A DNA stretch of 24,000 bases from positions 1-24,000 of the forward strand of contig MHBW01000006.1 of assembly GCA_001816385.1 (NCBI GenBank), written 5' to 3'. Positions 22,459 through 24,000 of this stretch are shown one piece after another. Made by a program: the position numbers and the translations under genes. How positions within the stretch are numbered: the first letter of the stretch is position 1; each line of letters begins with the position of its first letter. Under the pieces are notes generated by a model. It made no database searches. It saw only the letters and a program-made list of their open reading frames with translations, and was not told where the DNA came from. Source of the DNA: Candidatus Blackburnbacteria bacterium RIFCSPHIGHO2_01_FULL_43_15b (GTDB taxonomy: Bacteria; Patescibacteriota; Microgenomatia; UBA8517; UBA10165).

Positions 22459-23385
22459 TTAATTCAAACCTGTAACAGTTTGGGTTAGACTACCTCCGTA
22501 AACGCTTGTAGCAGAAGGAATTGGGTCAAGATAAGCAACGACAATTATTCTTTTCCAAACTGTCCCTGGAGGCCAGCAGCTTTGCAAAATTAGGCGCTGG
22601 TCACCTTCGCGGGAATTAAGAAGCCAGGAAAGATCGTCCCCCTCGACAATATGTTTCTCAGCGACTTTATATTTGTAGATCTTGCCCTGGTAAAAAACGT
22701 AAATCTCATCCTGGCTTTCAGGATCCAGCTCGCGCAATAGATAAAAAACAGCGTTATAGCGAGAGACGTTCCATGGCCCGTTTGTTGAATGGGCAAAGAC
22801 GTAAGTTCCCCCGGGCTGGTCGGGGTAAGAAGAGCCGTAGGCGTGCGCAACACCAACTTTTAAAGCTTCTGCATAAACTGATTGTTGACTGGAATCAACG
22901 TTGGCAATAACGGGCGCCTTGGCGTCAATTTTAGGGACATATATAGAAAAGTCGGTATTCGGGGCGCCAATTTGAGCGGCAAATTGCTTGGCGTACTCTC
23001 TTTGTTGAGTCTCTTCCTTGGCTTTCTTGATATTTTGCATATATTCGGTATTTGCTACTTTTTCTTGCACCAGGTTTTTAGCTTTATTGGTTTGGTAGGA
23101 AAATTCAGAGGCGACAATTGGCTTGGTAGTCAAAACTACTCCGGCCATTCCAAGGGTAACAAGTCCTGCCCCAACACCGCGGATAATGCCTATACCCAGG
23201 TCGTTTCCTAAAATGTTGTCCCTGGCTGCCAGAAACCTTTCAAATGGGATGGTTAGTGTAATACCCTGGCCTGTAACAACGATAACCTCGCCAGAAGTGT
23301 GTCCCCAGGAGGCATCATAAATAATACCGCGGTAAGTTCGCCATGGCCAATTAATTGGTAGATTGACATTCATATCCTGTAACAT
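22459..23385 (-). CDS. Sortase-family transpeptidase with an extended N-terminal region
   Basis: The catalytic triad context reads YVFAHST (His), RLILQSCWPPG (the TLxTC-equivalent Cys) and WKRIIVVAYL (Arg). A TM helix lies at ~residues 62-85 (GIGIIRGVGAGLVTLGMAGVVLTT). TAATAT (plus coordinates 23392-23397) lies 6 nt upstream of the ATG on the minus strand. Confidence 0.85.
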   Translation of the reverse strand: MLQDMNVNLPINWPWRTYRGIIYDASWGHTSGEVIVVTGQGITLTIPFERFLAARDNILGNDLGIGIIRGVGAGLVTLGMAGVVLTTKPIVASEFSYQTNKAKNLVQEKVANTEYMQNIKKAKEETQQREYAKQFAAQIGAPNTDFSIYVPKIDAKAPVIANVDSSQQSVYAEALKVGVAHAYGSSYPDQPGGTYVFAHSTNGPWNVSRYNAVFYLLRELDPESQDEIYVFYQGKIYKYKVAEKHIVEGDDLSWLLNSREGDQRLILQSCWPPGTVWKRIIVVAYLDPIPSATSVYGGSLTQTVTGLN

Positions 23386-23441
23386 TGTATCATATTATGG
23401 CAAGGCCGTTTGGCTGGAAGTGTGATAGAATATTAGAAATT

Positions 23442-23509
23442 GTCATTCTGGCTTGTCCAGGATCGATTCTGGTGTCCTCCACGCTTCGCTCTGAGTCCCC
23501 AGAATGACA
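23442..23509. repeat. Composite palindromic repeat with perfect 10-bp termini (GTCATTCTGG...CCAGAATGAC)
   Basis: gtcattctgg (23442-23451) is the reverse complement of ccagaatgac (23499-23508). There is an internal hairpin ctgg-cttgt-ccag. An internal cgcttcgctc motif also appears, reverse-complemented, at 1620-1630 (gagcgaagcg). Confidence 0.8.
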
Positions 23510-23537
23510 GTTTTGAGCTCGTGACGATGTTTTATAC

Positions 23538-23609
23538 GCGGGTGTAGTTTAGTGGTAAAATGCCTCCTTCCCAAGGAGGAGACCGGCGGTTCGAGTCCGC
23601 TCACCCGCT
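23538..23609 (+). tRNA. tRNA-Gly (anticodon CCC)
   Basis: Manual cloverleaf: GCGGGTG/CACCCGC acceptor, GTTT/AAAT D-stem, CCTCC-TTCCCAA-GGAGG anticodon arm, GGCGG-TTCGAGT-CCGCT T-arm, discriminator U. No encoded CCA. Confidence 0.9.
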
Positions 23610-24000
23610 CACTTTGTATCCGGTCGGGGTATAACGAAGGTTTGATTAGGGTAGATTAAATCCGGGTGGTTAGCGATAACTGTTTTGTTGGCTCTCCAGA
23701 TTTTTACCCATTGGAATCCATCCCCATAGGCTCGAACTGCGATCTTCCAAAGACTGTCGCCGCGGACAACGGTATAGCTTTCGCCTGGTATTGCCTGAGG
23801 CTGGGGCAAGATTTTTGGAGTTGGTGTAACGGTAAAGCTTGGGGTTGTGGAAGTTGGGCTGGGGACAGGTGAGATTTGGATTGTAAGCTGTCTAGTTGCA
23901 GTTTGGGGCATAGCCAACTCCTGACCTTCAGAAATTATGCCAGGGTTTGCCAACTTGTTAGCTCGGGCAATATCAGTCCAGTTGTATCCAGAGCCGTAAA
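23609..24000 (-). CDS. LysM-domain protein, 5'-partial (continues beyond the window end)
   Basis: The C-terminal LysM reads YTVVRGDSLWKIAVRAYGDGFQWVKIWRANKTVIANHPDLIYPNQTFVIP. The frame stays open upstream of the listed TTG start and reads YGSGYNWTDIARANKLANPGIISEGQELAMP, a second LysM, up to position 24000. The two are joined by a Pro/Thr/Ser linker. The stop abuts the tRNA-Gly 3' end. Confidence 0.85.
   Translation of the reverse strand, partial: YGSGYNWTDIARANKLANPGIISEGQELAMPQTATRQLTIQISPVPSPTSTTPSFTVTPTPKILPQPQAIPGESYTVVRGDSLWKIAVRAYGDGFQWVKIWRANKTVIANHPDLIYPNQTFVIPRPDTK

Noticed and set aside
14941-23609. tRNA-Thr or tRNA-Gly as the integration site of the high-GC islet
   Set aside because: Neither tRNA abuts the islet; they are ~4 kb and ~1.9 kb away. 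The flanking direct repeat is unrelated to either tRNA 3' end. No integrase is present.
1-24000. An alternative genetic code (UGA recoding, as in some candidate phyla)
   Set aside because: Long uninterrupted ORFs (966 and 985 aa) and all conserved genes read through cleanly under the standard bacterial code and end at sensible positions, including at UGA.

Overview
The window looks like a compact, AT-rich bacterial chromosome segment (about 40% GC from hand counts of sample lines). Housekeeping genes are tightly packed: an SF1B helicase, ftsZ, ileS, a SEDS FtsW/RodA protein, rplU, rpmA, parB and lepB. There are three tRNAs (Val-CAC, Thr-CGU, Gly-CCC). An envelope-glycan cluster holds two GT2 enzymes, an O-antigen-ligase-like protein, a 985-aa GT-C-like polytopic protein and an Ig-like anchored protein. 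A surface module holds a sortase, a DUF11-like LPKAG substrate and a LysM protein. Many genes have a -10 box only 5-8 nt before the start codon and no Shine-Dalgarno site. Short GTCATTCC...GGAATGAC hairpin repeats fill several intergenic gaps. Together these give a CPR/Patescibacteria-like flavour, but that is inference only. The main anomaly is a ~2.6 kb high-GC segment (about 19054-21630; sampled lines 62-75% GC). It is bracketed by a 14/15-nt direct repeat and carries three unrecognisable ORFs, two of them secreted, with canonical AGGAGG ribosome-binding sites. It has no integrase or transposase. Secondary anomalies are: (a) a 39-nt sequence inside ileS that recurs as a tandem repeat just upstream of the sortase-substrate gene, (b) a truncated HAD gene next to GC-rich structured non-coding DNA, and (c) the hairpin repeat family. 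I found no rRNA, CRISPR array, transposase or integrase.
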